DNA of 64,000 nt from Trueperaceae bacterium (lineage in GTDB: Bacteria; Deinococcota; Deinococci; Deinococcales; Trueperaceae), in contig CBDCDZ010000004.1 of NCBI GenBank assembly GCA_965215565.1, positions 1,344,001 through 1,408,000 on the forward strand. The letters run 5' to 3'. Below are positions 39,096-48,372 of this stretch, piece after piece; position 1 is the stretch's first letter, and every line of letters starts with the position of its first letter. Both the position numbers and the translations under genes were made by a program. The notes beneath the pieces were generated by a model. It saw only the letters and a program-made list of their open reading frames with translations, had not been told where the DNA came from and did not search any database.

Positions 39096-41165
39096 ATGGC
39101 ACGCGGTAAAGACCCTAAGCGCGACCTGACCAAATCTGACAGGGCTGAAGCTGGTGACGTCGTCGCGCCTGCGGACAACGTCGCCCCCGAAGACGCAGCG
39201 GCGGCGAACCAAGAGGACGTTCAGGCGTTAGAAGCCTCCGTCAGCGGCAACGCGCCCCTGAATCGCCCCTGGGAACTCATCGTTAATATTTTGGCGGCAG
39301 GAATGTCGTCTTATTACCTCTACGCGGCGCTCTTCGGCGCGACGCGCCTAGAGGTCTATTTGGGCGTTTACGTCGGGCTCACCTACGCGCTCATCTTTTT
39401 GGTTTATCCGCTTAAACGCGGGAGCCTGAAGTTCAGACCCACCCTCTTAGACGTCGGGCTCGCAGTTCTGTCCGTCGCAGTGGTCAGCTACTGGGTCATC
39501 AACTATCAAGCGCTGACCTACCGTGCGGGCTCCGCCACGACGCTCGACCACACCATGTCGTTGCTGATGATCATCTTGTCGCTCGAGATAGGCAGGCGCG
39601 CACTCGGTTGGGTCATGCCCATCGTCGGCGTCGTCCTCATGGTCTACGCTTACTTCGGACCTTATATGCCGCTCATCGTCGCGCATAGGGGCTACGGTTT
39701 AGGACGCATCGGCGAAGCCGTCTTTTTAGACGAGCGCGGCGTGTGGGGCACGATGGCGCAGGTCTTGGTCAACTTCGTCATCATCTTTATTTTCTTCGGC
39801 GCGTTCTTGAACCGCTCGGGCGTCGGGCAGTTCTTTATCGACCTAGCGCTGGGCGTCGCGGGGCGCGCGACGGGTGGACCCGCGAAGGTCTCCGTTTTAG
39901 CGTCCGCGCTGATGGGCTCGATCTCGGGCTCAGCCATCGCCAACACCGTCTCGACGGGTACGCTCACGATTCCCCTGATGAAAAAGACCGGCTTCAAGCC
40001 GGAGATGGCGGGCGCAGTCGAGGCGTCGGCGAGCATCAGTGGGATGTTTTTACCGCCCGTGATGGGCGCGGGCGCGTTCGTGATGGTGGAGCTTACGGGC
40101 ATCCCGTACACCCATATCATGCTCGCGTCGATCGTACCCGCCTTTATCTACGTGCTTTCCATCTGGATGAACGTGCATTTCGAAGCGAAGCGCTTGGGGC
40201 TTAAAGGGGTGCCCGTCGCAGACCTGCCGAAACTCGGCGAGACCTTGAAGAGTGGCTGGTTCTTGGCGCTCCCCCTCATCCTCCTCGTGACGCTGCTCAT
40301 CATGGGGCGCTCGCCCGGCTACGCCGCGTTTTGGGGCACGGCGGCAACGATTCCCGTCTCCTGGTTTACCCAAGACAGCAAGATGGGGCTCAAGCAGATT
40401 TGGGAAGCGCTCGTCGAAGGCGGACGCAACACGCTCGTCATCGGCGCGACGGTGGGGATCATCGGCATCCTCTTAGCGGTCATCAACCTCACGGGCTTGT
40501 CGCAAAAATTCACCACCATCTTCTTGACACTTTCGGGTGGCTCGACGCTCCTTGCCATCCTCTTAGTCGCGCTCGCCTCGCTGATTCTCGGTATGGGGAT
40601 GCCTGTCACCGCCTCGTATCTCGTGACGGCGGTGCTCGCTGTTCCTGCACTGGGTGACCTCGGCGTGTCCGTTTTGGCAGCGCACATGATCGTCTACTGG
40701 CTTTCACAAGACTCAAATATCACGCCGCCCGTGTGCATTGCGGCGTATGCGGGCGCAGCAATCGCGCAAGGGGACCCGTGGAAAACGGGCTGGACCGCCT
40801 TTAAGTACGCCAAGCTGCTCTACGTGATGCCGCTACTCTTTGCCTACACGCCTATCCTGATTGAACCCGGTGGCGCCATAGACATGCACGTCATCACCTC
40901 GTGGATTTCCGCGACGTTAGGGACTATTGCCTTCGCCGCCGTGACCATCGGCTTCTTGCAGCGCAAAACGACGATTCCCGAATGGCTGCTCTTAGCAGGC
41001 GCAACGTTCCTATGTTACATGACGCCGATCTGGACGGATATCGTCGGCGTCGCGCTCGTCGCTGCGCTCTTCTTGATTCAGCGGCGCGTAGAGATCAGCT
41101 TTAGGCGGGGCATACGGACGCTCTCAGCGCAATCCCAAAAAGTCTCTCACACGGGTTCCGACTGA
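39096..41165 (+). CDS. TRAP transporter fused 4TM/12TM permease
   Basis: GGPAKVSV, GSISGSAIAN, PPVMGAGAF, LGMGMP, ITPPV. Confidence 0.92.
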   Translation: MARGKDPKRDLTKSDRAEAGDVVAPADNVAPEDAAAANQEDVQALEASVSGNAPLNRPWELIVNILAAGMSSYYLYAALFGATRLEVYLGVYVGLTYALIFLVYPLKRGSLKFRPTLLDVGLAVLSVAVVSYWVINYQALTYRAGSATTLDHTMSLLMIILSLEIGRRALGWVMPIVGVVLMVYAYFGPYMPLIVAHRGYGLGRIGEAVFLDERGVWGTMAQVLVNFVIIFIFFGAFLNRSGVGQFFIDLALGVAGRATGGPAKVSVLASALMGSISGSAIANTVSTGTLTIPLMKKTGFKPEMAGAVEASASISGMFLPPVMGAGAFVMVELTGIPYTHIMLASIVPAFIYVLSIWMNVHFEAKRLGLKGVPVADLPKLGETLKSGWFLALPLILLVTLLIMGRSPGYAAFWGTAATIPVSWFTQDSKMGLKQIWEALVEGGRNTLVIGATVGIIGILLAVINLTGLSQKFTTIFLTLSGGSTLLAILLVALASLILGMGMPVTASYLVTAVLAVPALGDLGVSVLAAHMIVYWLSQDSNITPPVCIAAYAGAAIAQGDPWKTGWTAFKYAKLLYVMPLLFAYTPILIEPGGAIDMHVITSWISATLGTIAFAAVTIGFLQRKTTIPEWLLLAGATFLCYMTPIWTDIVGVALVAALFLIQRRVEISFRRGIRTLSAQSQKVSHTGSD

Positions 41166-41174
41166 GTAGACTCT

Positions 41175-42125
41175 CTACGGCAACACAAGCTCCGCCACCA
41201 CAGGCAGATGGTCTGACCCGACCGCTCGCCCGACTCGGTAGCCTTCGACTTGCCACGCAGGTGACACAAGGATGTGGTCAATCGGTGCGCTCAGCAGGGG
41301 ACCGCGGTAGGACCAAGTCGGGCGGACGCCGAAGCCTAAGTTGGCGAAGCGTAGCGCGGTCATTCGGGTAAGCTGTTTTACAGGGTGCGACCAGGGCGAA
41401 GCGTTGAAGTCGCCTAAGAGAACAGTGGGGTTCGTGGTCTGCTGCGCGAGCCTCGCTACCGCTCCAAGTTCGTCGTCTCGCCGCGCCGCCCAGCGGCTCC
41501 CGAGCGGCGGGAGAGGGTGAACGCCAAAGAGCGTCACGGGCGCGGGCTCCGCCAGCGTCACCTCGATAATGCGCCTGCCTCTTCCGCCGAGGGGGACGCT
41601 TTTCGCCTCCGCGAAGGGGTAGCGGCTCAGCAGGGCTAAGCCGTAAGTCCCTCGCGTAGACTCGTCATAGATATGCGGATAGAGGTCGCCGACCGTTTCC
41701 CCCAACGCGCGCAGGAGCGCGGGTTTGTTTTCGGAAAGCATCACCACGTCGGCGTTTTCTTCACGGAGATAATCGCTAATCGCGGTGTAGTTTTCGTTAT
41801 CCATGTAGACGTTGAGCGCCATTACGCTAAGTGTCTGGGACGGAGCATCCGTTGGTCCAGTGATGGCTTTTACTGGACCCGGCAGAAAAAAGGGCGCTAA
41901 GAGGTACACGTTCGCGAGCAGTGCGGGCAGCAAAAGCGCGGCGAGTACCCCCGCGCGAAGCAGCGACGCGGCGACAACACAGAGACCGAGCAGCGCGGCG
42001 TATTGCAGGTGAAAGTGTGAAAAGAGGTCCAAGGACCAATGAAAGCGTCCCAAAAAGCTACCTAACGTCAACACGCTCAGGAGCGTACCTAGAGGGATGA
42101 GAAAGCCTAATAGCAGAGACCGCAC
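41175..42125 (-). CDS. Membrane-anchored endonuclease/exonuclease/phosphatase-family protein
   Basis: N-terminal TM helices; GDFNASPWS, IDHIL, GSDHLP. Confidence 0.88.
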   Translation of the reverse strand: MRSLLLGFLIPLGTLLSVLTLGSFLGRFHWSLDLFSHFHLQYAALLGLCVVAASLLRAGVLAALLLPALLANVYLLAPFFLPGPVKAITGPTDAPSQTLSVMALNVYMDNENYTAISDYLREENADVVMLSENKPALLRALGETVGDLYPHIYDESTRGTYGLALLSRYPFAEAKSVPLGGRGRRIIEVTLAEPAPVTLFGVHPLPPLGSRWAARRDDELGAVARLAQQTTNPTVLLGDFNASPWSHPVKQLTRMTALRFANLGFGVRPTWSYRGPLLSAPIDHILVSPAWQVEGYRVGRAVGSDHLPVVAELVLP

Positions 42126-42361
42126 CCCTCACTTTACGTCACACCAGCGAAAAGGTGCGCTACATGGCGTGGCTCAAGCTGGGCGGACAAGAGGTCGACG
42201 TTCACCAATCTTTAAGAGAGATGAAAATAAAGTGAGAGTCTGTGTCACATTTGGGCTTGACGAGTCAATTTTGGAGTATTTTGAGTGTAGGAGAGAAAAC
42301 CTGTGTCGCGCTCATTATTCCTATATCGTCGCCTCGAGCCCCTCACCCTGTAAGGACGTGT

Positions 42362-43474
42362 ATGACGCTTCATCTCTTAGGTTCACCCACAGTTCAAGCA
42401 GACGCGCAGCGCAGCGACGTGGCGCTCAATAAACCCTCTTGGCTGCTCTTTTACTTGGCGTACTACGGCGAGTGGATAAGCCGCGAGGAGTTGGCGTTCT
42501 TCTTTCGCCCGGAAGCGGACGAAGCCACGGCGCGGCGCTACGTGCGCAAACTCCTAAACGGCGCGAAGCAGCTCCCCTGGGCGGAGAACTTAGAGGTAGA
42601 GGCGGACAGGCTGCGCTTCGCCGTGGACACCGACGTGAGCCGCTTTCGCCAAGCGGTAGCGCAAGAACGCTGGTTCGAAGCGACGGAACTCTATAGCGGC
42701 GCGTTCTTGACCGGGCTCAGCGCGGCGAGTTCACCCAGTTACGATGCGTGGCTCAGCTTGGAGCGCGAAACTTTAGAAGAGCTTTGGAAAGACGCCTCGC
42801 TGCACTACGCAGCGGACTTGGAGAGTTCGGGGCAGCACCGCAAAGCGGCGAACGTCGCTAAAAGCCTCCTGGACGCCGACAGCTTCGCCGAGGACGCCTT
42901 GGGAAGCTTTTTGCGCAACGCTTATCTGAGCGGTCAGCGCGAGAGCGCCTTAGAGGTTGCGGCGCGCTTTTGCGAGGGCTTGGCGCGTGAGCTTGGCTTA
43001 GAACCTCTAGAGGAAACCGCTCAGCTCATCGAGAGCATTCGGCTCTCTAAAAGCCTCGAGAAACGTGAAGTGGCACGTTCTTACGGACGCCGCAGCACCG
43101 ACCGCGCCCTGCCGAGCGACCAAGAGACGCAACTACAAGAACTCACCCATTTGCTCGGCAGCGCTGACGCGAGGCTCCTCACCGTCGCGGGCACGGATGA
43201 TAGGGGCGACACGCTCCTCATCGCCAAGCGCGTCCCCGAAAGTAGCGTGGCGCTCTTCGCCATCGCCGAACTCGCCGAGCGCTTGACCCGCCAAGGGCAC
43301 GCGGAACGCGCTCTGGAATTGCTCGTTCTAGTCTTGCGTCACCCCGCGTGCGACGCGCGCGCGCGGCAGAAAGCTGCCGGGCTGTGGACGCGCTTAGAGC
43401 CCAACTTACCGAGCGAACTCGCCCAGAGCGTGAAGGAACGTTGGCGCGAGACGCCGCTGGCGAACGCGGCGTAG
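42362..43474 (+). CDS. SARP/AfsR-like regulator (wHTH+BTAD) with a degenerate or deleted ATPase region
   Basis: LHLLGSP, REELAFFFRPE, LYSGAFL, WLSLERE, LARELGLEP are typical of BTAD-containing regulators. Confidence 0.8.
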   Translation: MTLHLLGSPTVQADAQRSDVALNKPSWLLFYLAYYGEWISREELAFFFRPEADEATARRYVRKLLNGAKQLPWAENLEVEADRLRFAVDTDVSRFRQAVAQERWFEATELYSGAFLTGLSAASSPSYDAWLSLERETLEELWKDASLHYAADLESSGQHRKAANVAKSLLDADSFAEDALGSFLRNAYLSGQRESALEVAARFCEGLARELGLEPLEETAQLIESIRLSKSLEKREVARSYGRRSTDRALPSDQETQLQELTHLLGSADARLLTVAGTDDRGDTLLIAKRVPESSVALFAIAELAERLTRQGHAERALELLVLVLRHPACDARARQKAAGLWTRLEPNLPSELAQSVKERWRETPLANAA

Positions 43475-43510
43475 ACCGACGCGCTCCCCCAAGACTGTTA
43501 CACTCACCTC

Positions 43511-43984
43511 ATGGCAAGCGCAAATTCTGCAACCCAAACCAAGAAGCAAGTCCGCATCTTCACCGACGGCTCGTGCGATACAGGCTCCAGAGAGGGCGGC
43601 TGGGGCTATTTGCTCGTCTACGGTGACGCGAGGAAGACTGCTTCAGGATACGAAGCGGATACAACGAACAACCGCATGGAACTCTCCGCTGCGGTCAAGG
43701 CACTAGAGGCGCTGAAAGAGCCCTGCGAAGTGACTTTAGTGACGGACTCACAGTACCTCAAAAAGGCGTTCACGGCGGGCTGGCTAGAGAACTGGCAGCG
43801 CAACGGCTGGCGCACGGCGAGCAAGCAACCCGTCAAAAATAAGGACTTGTGGCTCGAGCTTTTAGACCTTGCCAAGACGCACACGCTCCACTGGGAGTGG
43901 ACGAAAGGACACGCGGGGCACGCGGAGAACGAACTCGTGGATAAGCTCGCCTTAAACGCGAGGAGGACGAGAGGAAGAGGTTAG
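43511..43984 (+). CDS. rnhA: Ribonuclease HI
   Basis: FTDGSC, TTNNRMEL, TDSQY, VKNKDLW, KGHAG, NELVD; TGtTACACT 6 nt before ATG (leaderless-type). Confidence 0.96.
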   Translation: MASANSATQTKKQVRIFTDGSCDTGSREGGWGYLLVYGDARKTASGYEADTTNNRMELSAAVKALEALKEPCEVTLVTDSQYLKKAFTAGWLENWQRNGWRTASKQPVKNKDLWLELLDLAKTHTLHWEWTKGHAGHAENELVDKLALNARRTRGRG

Positions 43985-44017
43985 GGGCGCGCCCAAAGCG
44001 TCAGTTAAGAACTCTGC

Positions 44018-45124
44018 TCAACGTTCTAAAACGCTCAAGTTCTCCATGAATTTTACGAGCGCCTGATAGCCCGTTACTAAGGATTCGGTCTCCAACCACT
44101 CGCTCAAACGGTGCGCGTCGCCGCCCCGGTACACGCCGAAGGCAACCGCGGGCAGCCCCGCCGCCATCGCCGCGTTCGCGTCTGTGCTGCTCGCCGCTAA
44201 ACGGGTGCGCACATTCACCGCGCTGAGCGCGTCTCTAGCAGCTCTGACAAGCGGCTCATTCGCGACGTTCGCGGCGGGTCTGTCGCCGACGATTTTGGTC
44301 TCGAACGCTACGCTATGTTTCTTCGCGGTTCTGGCGATGCGCTTTAAGGCGTCTTGCTCGAGTCGCTCCAATACGTCCTTATCTTTGCTGCGCAGGTCGA
44401 GGTTGAAACCCGCCTCCTGTGCAATCGCGTTGATGCTCGTGCCGCCCCATATCTGCCCGACATTGTATGAACTGCGCGGCTGTTCGCTTAGCGGGAGCTG
44501 ATTGAGTGCATGAACCGCGCTGCCCAGCGCGTGAACTGCGCTCGGGCTAGGAAAGTCGCCCCAGGAGTGCCCGCCCGCCGCCGAAAAACGCACCTCGTAG
44601 CGCTTCGAGCCCACCGAGCCGTTGATGAGCGCGCCCAAATGTCCGTCCAAAGCGATAACGAAGTCGAACTCGCCTGCACCCTCGTTCATGAGGTGACGCA
44701 TCCCATAGAGGTCACCTAAACCCTCTTCGCCCACAGTCGCGGCGACGGTTAAGCGGGGTCTCTGCTCGTGCTCTCCCCCCATAACCTGCTGCACAAAGCG
44801 TACTAAAACCGCTAAGCTCGCGCTGTTGTCACCGATGCCTGGAGCACTCAAGCGTCCGTTTTCTTCCCGCACACTCACATCTACGTCGGCGCTAAAGACC
44901 GTGTCGAGGTGCGCGGCGATCAGCACGCGCGGTCCCGTGCCACCTGGTAGCTGCGCAGTGACGTTACCGACTTCGTCCATCCGCGGGGAGAGACCCGTCT
45001 CTTCGAGAAGCTGTTCCAGCAACCTGCCTCGCTCCTCCTCTGCAAAGGTCGGCGCGGGCACCTCGCAAATGCGCCTGAGCAGCGAGACGATCTCCTCTAA
45101 GGTTGAAGACGCCGCTAGGGTCAC
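44018..45124 (-). CDS. M20/M25/M40-family metallo-hydrolase
   Basis: AHLDTVF, PGIGDN, GEEGLGDL, GGHSWG, STDAN; start GTG 45124 overlaps the upstream stop. Confidence 0.88.
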   Translation of the reverse strand: MTLAASSTLEEIVSLLRRICEVPAPTFAEEERGRLLEQLLEETGLSPRMDEVGNVTAQLPGGTGPRVLIAAHLDTVFSADVDVSVREENGRLSAPGIGDNSASLAVLVRFVQQVMGGEHEQRPRLTVAATVGEEGLGDLYGMRHLMNEGAGEFDFVIALDGHLGALINGSVGSKRYEVRFSAAGGHSWGDFPSPSAVHALGSAVHALNQLPLSEQPRSSYNVGQIWGGTSINAIAQEAGFNLDLRSKDKDVLERLEQDALKRIARTAKKHSVAFETKIVGDRPAANVANEPLVRAARDALSAVNVRTRLAASSTDANAAMAAGLPAVAFGVYRGGDAHRLSEWLETESLVTGYQALVKFMENLSVLER

Positions 45125-45363
45125 GAGTCTAACCTTTGGGCGAAGGACTCGAGCCCCGCAAAAGGGCCTTTCGCGTCGGCAGGCAGCCAGCGGCAAAAAG
45201 AGGGTGCCCCCTCGGGGATGACGCGGTGCGGACACGCCGGGCATTCGGGAAAGGCGAGTTCGGTGTACGCCACCTCTCGCAAATCCGCCGGGACTTCTTT
45301 CACGCGCTCGCAACCCGCGACGAAGCGCTTTAGGTGGGGTGTATTTGGGCGTTTAGGGCTCAC
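45121..45363 (-). CDS. Small Cys-rich hypothetical protein (80 aa)
   Basis: GTGA overlaps at both ends; C18, C41xxC44, H46, C57. Confidence 0.65.
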   Translation of the reverse strand: MSPKRPNTPHLKRFVAGCERVKEVPADLREVAYTELAFPECPACPHRVIPEGAPSFCRWLPADAKGPFAGLESFAQRLDS

Positions 45364-46028
45364 CCTTTACTCGCATTTAGGGTAGCGATGCCTTCACGCA
45401 GGGCGTAGAGCGCCGCCTGGGTACGGTTGTTAAGCCGCAGTTTGGAAAAGATTTCCGAGAGCCGGTTGCGCACAGTTTTTTCGCTGACGCCTAGCGCCTC
45501 GGCGATCTTTTGGTTCGAGTCGCCCTGCGCTAAAAGCCGCAAGATGGTGGCTTCGCGCTCCGTCAGTTCGGACATTGGGTGGGCAGGATGCGTGGGCAGC
45601 TCCTCTTTAACCTTTTTGAATTCGTCCAAGACGGACGCCGCCATCTCCGCGTTCAGGAGCGCTTCGCCCTCCGCCACGCGCCGAATCGCACCTATGAGGT
45701 CGTTTGCGTCAGCGTCTTTAAGCATGTAGCCGCGCGCGCCCGCCTTGATCGCCTCGAACACGTAACGGTCTTGGCGGTACATTGTGAGAATAATCACTTT
45801 CGTATCCGGGCGCTCCTCTAAGATCGTCTTCGTCGCCGCGACGCCGTCAAGCTCGGGCATCTGAATGTCCATCAACACGATGTCGGGGCGCGTATCCAAA
45901 GCGTAGCGCACCGCTTCGCGCCCGGTTGCCGCTTCGCCGATGATGCGAAAGTCCGGCTCGGTCTCTAAGATGCTCTTCAGCCCTTGGCGAAACATCGCGT
46001 GGTCGTCGCACAGCAGCAAGCGGGTCAT
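45360..46028 (-). CDS. NarL/LuxR-family response regulator (no adjacent kinase)
   Basis: CDDH, LMDIQMP phosphoacceptor, [24 protein letters not shown] 6 nt before ATG. Confidence 0.93.
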   Translation of the reverse strand: MTRLLLCDDHAMFRQGLKSILETEPDFRIIGEAATGREAVRYALDTRPDIVLMDIQMPELDGVAATKTILEERPDTKVIILTMYRQDRYVFEAIKAGARGYMLKDADANDLIGAIRRVAEGEALLNAEMAASVLDEFKKVKEELPTHPAHPMSELTEREATILRLLAQGDSNQKIAEALGVSEKTVRNRLSEIFSKLRLNNRTQAALYALREGIATLNASKG

Positions 46029-46151
46029 GGAACAATCGTACCGCAAGTTTTGAACTCTCTTTGCGTAGCAGCGCGCAAAGAGAAGTGAATCAGTATCACT
46101 GCGCTCAGCTCGCGACTTTTGCGCAAAAACAGTTTCTTCCCTCGAGCTACG

Positions 46152-46182
46152 AAAAAGAGCCGGAGTATTCCTCCGACTCTCG
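46152..46182 (-). terminator. Intrinsic terminator of hsp20
   Basis: AGAGTCGGAG/CTCCGGCTCT stem plus TTTTT on the minus strand. Confidence 0.7.
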
Positions 46183-46199
46183 CAAACTATTTAACCTCT

Positions 46200-46670
46200 T
46201 TACTCGTTGTCTGAACTAGTATCCGAACTACTGTCCGTATCGACGGTCTTGCTCTCGCGGTTCGTCGAGACCTCGATCTTGCGCGGCTTGGTGCTCTCCG
46301 AGCGGGGGACGAGCAGGTTCAAAACACCGTTTTCGTACGCCGCCTCGACTTTACCGAGGTCGAAGCTCGAGGGGATATTGAACGAGCGCGAAAACTCTCC
46401 CTTAGGACGCCCCTGGTAGTGGACGGTCTGCGACTCGGTGTGCTTGTAGTGGCGTGTCGCTTTCACATTCAGGCTGCTCTGCTCGGTGCTCACGTCCAGG
46501 CTGCCCTCGTCCACGTCGGGCAAATCCATGTAGATGTATAAGCCCTCTTCGTCTTCGACGACGTCCGTCGCGGGAGCCCAAGTGTTGACGGCACCTTCGC
46601 CCCGCGTAACGCGGTTCATACGGCGCTGCATGTCTTCTAGTTCTTGCCAAGGATTCCAAGATTGTAGCAT
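46200..46670 (-). CDS. Hsp20/alpha-crystallin small heat-shock protein
   Basis: WAPATDVVE, DLPDV, FSRSFNIP, AAYENGVLNLLVPR; AAGGAGG RBS. Confidence 0.93.
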   Translation of the reverse strand: MLQSWNPWQELEDMQRRMNRVTRGEGAVNTWAPATDVVEDEEGLYIYMDLPDVDEGSLDVSTEQSSLNVKATRHYKHTESQTVHYQGRPKGEFSRSFNIPSSFDLGKVEAAYENGVLNLLVPRSESTKPRKIEVSTNRESKTVDTDSSSDTSSDNE

Positions 46671-46696
46671 TATGCCCTCCTTCATTAGTTAAGATT

Positions 46697-46726
46697 ATTA
46701 TAAAACCTGAGTCTACACGTGTCAAG
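46697..46726 (-). promoter_or_regulatory. Consensus sigma-70 promoter overlapped by a HAIR-like (HspR) operator
   Basis: TTGACA-17 nt-TATAAT on the minus strand; CTTGACA-N7-ACTCAGG at 46706-46726 resembles HAIR CTTGAGT-N7-ACTCAAG. Confidence 0.7.
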
Positions 46727-46775
46727 TATTCTGCTGATATACTTGCGGTTCGATCTTGAGCGGGTCCGGTATCCA

Positions 46776-46976
46776 AAGCAGTTTACAGAAGTACTGAATT
46801 GGAATAGCGCTTACGAAGTTTTGCCCCCGGCAAAAGCCTCAGTTCGAAGAACCATCCCGCTCTCAGGCGAAGCCTAGCGGGACGGCTTCGCCTGAGAGCG
46901 GGATTTTATTTAAGAATCTGCGTGTTCGCTCAAGTTCTCTAACGTGAGACTGGCTCAAACCAAATGACACTTGCTA
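46776..46976 (+). repeat. MITE-like dispersed repeat, copy C (201 bp, internal perfect 21-bp hairpin)
   Basis: AGCAGTTT...TACTGA, GCGGGATTT...TGCGTG and GTGAGA...CTCAAACCAAATGACACTTGCTA blocks. Confidence 0.75.
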
Positions 46977-47071
46977 TATCCCGTACAGCTTGACGCATGT
47001 GAAACGCGCTGACTAAGCGGCAGAGACCAAAAAAAGAGGAAGCCGTTGAGCTTCCCCGACGTTCGCCCGCG

Positions 47072-47416
47072 TTAGTGGGTGAAGTCATCGCCTAGCTCTG
47101 ACGCCGACGCCTCTATTGTTATTGTCACAGAGTCGGCGTGCGGCAGAGCTTTCATCTCCGCGGGAGGTGTTGGCTCCTCTTCGCCTCGAGCGAGACCGTA
47201 GACGAGCCAGAGCGGTAACACGTAAAGTGTTGCCAGAGCAAAGATGATGATGATGCGGAGATACTCAACCTGTTTTGATGTAAGGGCAAGCTGAGCTTTA
47301 TCTCCTTGTTTCTCGGCGGTCTCCTGAGCCTTTTCAAGCTCACTGCTTATCCCGATAATCGGAAGGCTTACCAGTAAGGAGAAGCCGAGTACAAAGATAC
47401 TTACAAGGTGTTTCAT
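47072..47416 (-). CDS. Hypothetical membrane protein (2 TM)
   Basis: Two hydrophobic segments; terminator-like hairpin plus T-tract at about 47029-47058. Confidence 0.6.
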   Translation of the reverse strand: MKHLVSIFVLGFSLLVSLPIIGISSELEKAQETAEKQGDKAQLALTSKQVEYLRIIIIFALATLYVLPLWLVYGLARGEEEPTPPAEMKALPHADSVTITIEASASELGDDFTH

Positions 47417-47600
47417 TGGGCTTGCGGCTCGAGCCGCTACAAAGGTTTACCGAGTCGAGTTTATCTCAAAACACTCAGTAAAGAACCTTCAAGCCTTTCT
47501 GAGTAATACGCCCGGTCTCTTCTCACATCCCGTCATTGAATTCACAACAGGTTGAATTCACAACAGACGGCGGCACCCGTGCGGACGTACGATACAGCTC

Positions 47601-48365
47601 ATGATTGAAGTCCAGAACCTCACCAAGCGCTACGGGCGCGTGCAAGCAGTGGGCGGCGTGTCCTTTACGGCGCGACCGGGCGAAGTGTTGGGGCTCCTGG
47701 GTCCGAACGGCGCGGGCAAGTCCACCACCATCAAGGCGATCACGGGGCTGATTCGTCCAACCTCGGGCGAGGTGCGCTTGGCAGGCTTCGACGTCGTTAA
47801 GCAGGCAGTGGCGGCAAAGGCGCACTTGGGCTATGTGCCAGACAGACCCTATTTGTATCTCAAGCTCACCGGGCGCGAACTGCTGCGCTTTCTGGGCAAG
47901 CTGCGCGGCGTCAAGGACACGGAGAAGAAAATTGAGGAATGGTTGGGGTTCTTCGGGCTGCAAGACTTCGGCAACGAACTCATCGAGGGCTACTCCCACG
48001 GGATGCGTCAGAAGCTCACCTTTGTTGGGGCTTTGCTGCACGAGCCGCGGGTACTCGTCATCGACGAGCCGATGGTGGGGCTTGACCCGAGAGCGGCGAA
48101 ACAGGTGCGCGAACTCATGAAGAACTACGCGGAGCGCGAAGACCGCACCGTCCTCCTCACGACGCATTCGATGGAAGTCGCTGAAGAGGTGGCGGACCGC
48201 GTGCTGCTCGTCCACAAGGGTCACATCGCGGCGGCGGGGACGCTGGACGAGTTGCGCCGAGGCGTAGGCGACGACGAGGCAGATTTGGAAGCTATCTTCT
48301 TGCAACTCACCGAGGAAGCCATTCATAACGAACAACGTTTACAACCCACCGAGAAAGCCGTGTGA
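47601..48365 (+). CDS. ABC transporter ATP-binding protein
   Basis: [27 protein letters not shown] 7 nt before ATG. Confidence 0.92.
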   Translation: MIEVQNLTKRYGRVQAVGGVSFTARPGEVLGLLGPNGAGKSTTIKAITGLIRPTSGEVRLAGFDVVKQAVAAKAHLGYVPDRPYLYLKLTGRELLRFLGKLRGVKDTEKKIEEWLGFFGLQDFGNELIEGYSHGMRQKLTFVGALLHEPRVLVIDEPMVGLDPRAAKQVRELMKNYAEREDRTVLLTTHSMEVAEEVADRVLLVHKGHIAAAGTLDELRRGVGDDEADLEAIFLQLTEEAIHNEQRLQPTEKAV

Positions 48366-48372
48366 CCCTCTG

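Noticed and set aside
46741..46770. tRNA suggested by GGTTCGA
   Set aside because: No cloverleaf or acceptor stem can be formed; no tRNA or rRNA genes were found in the window.
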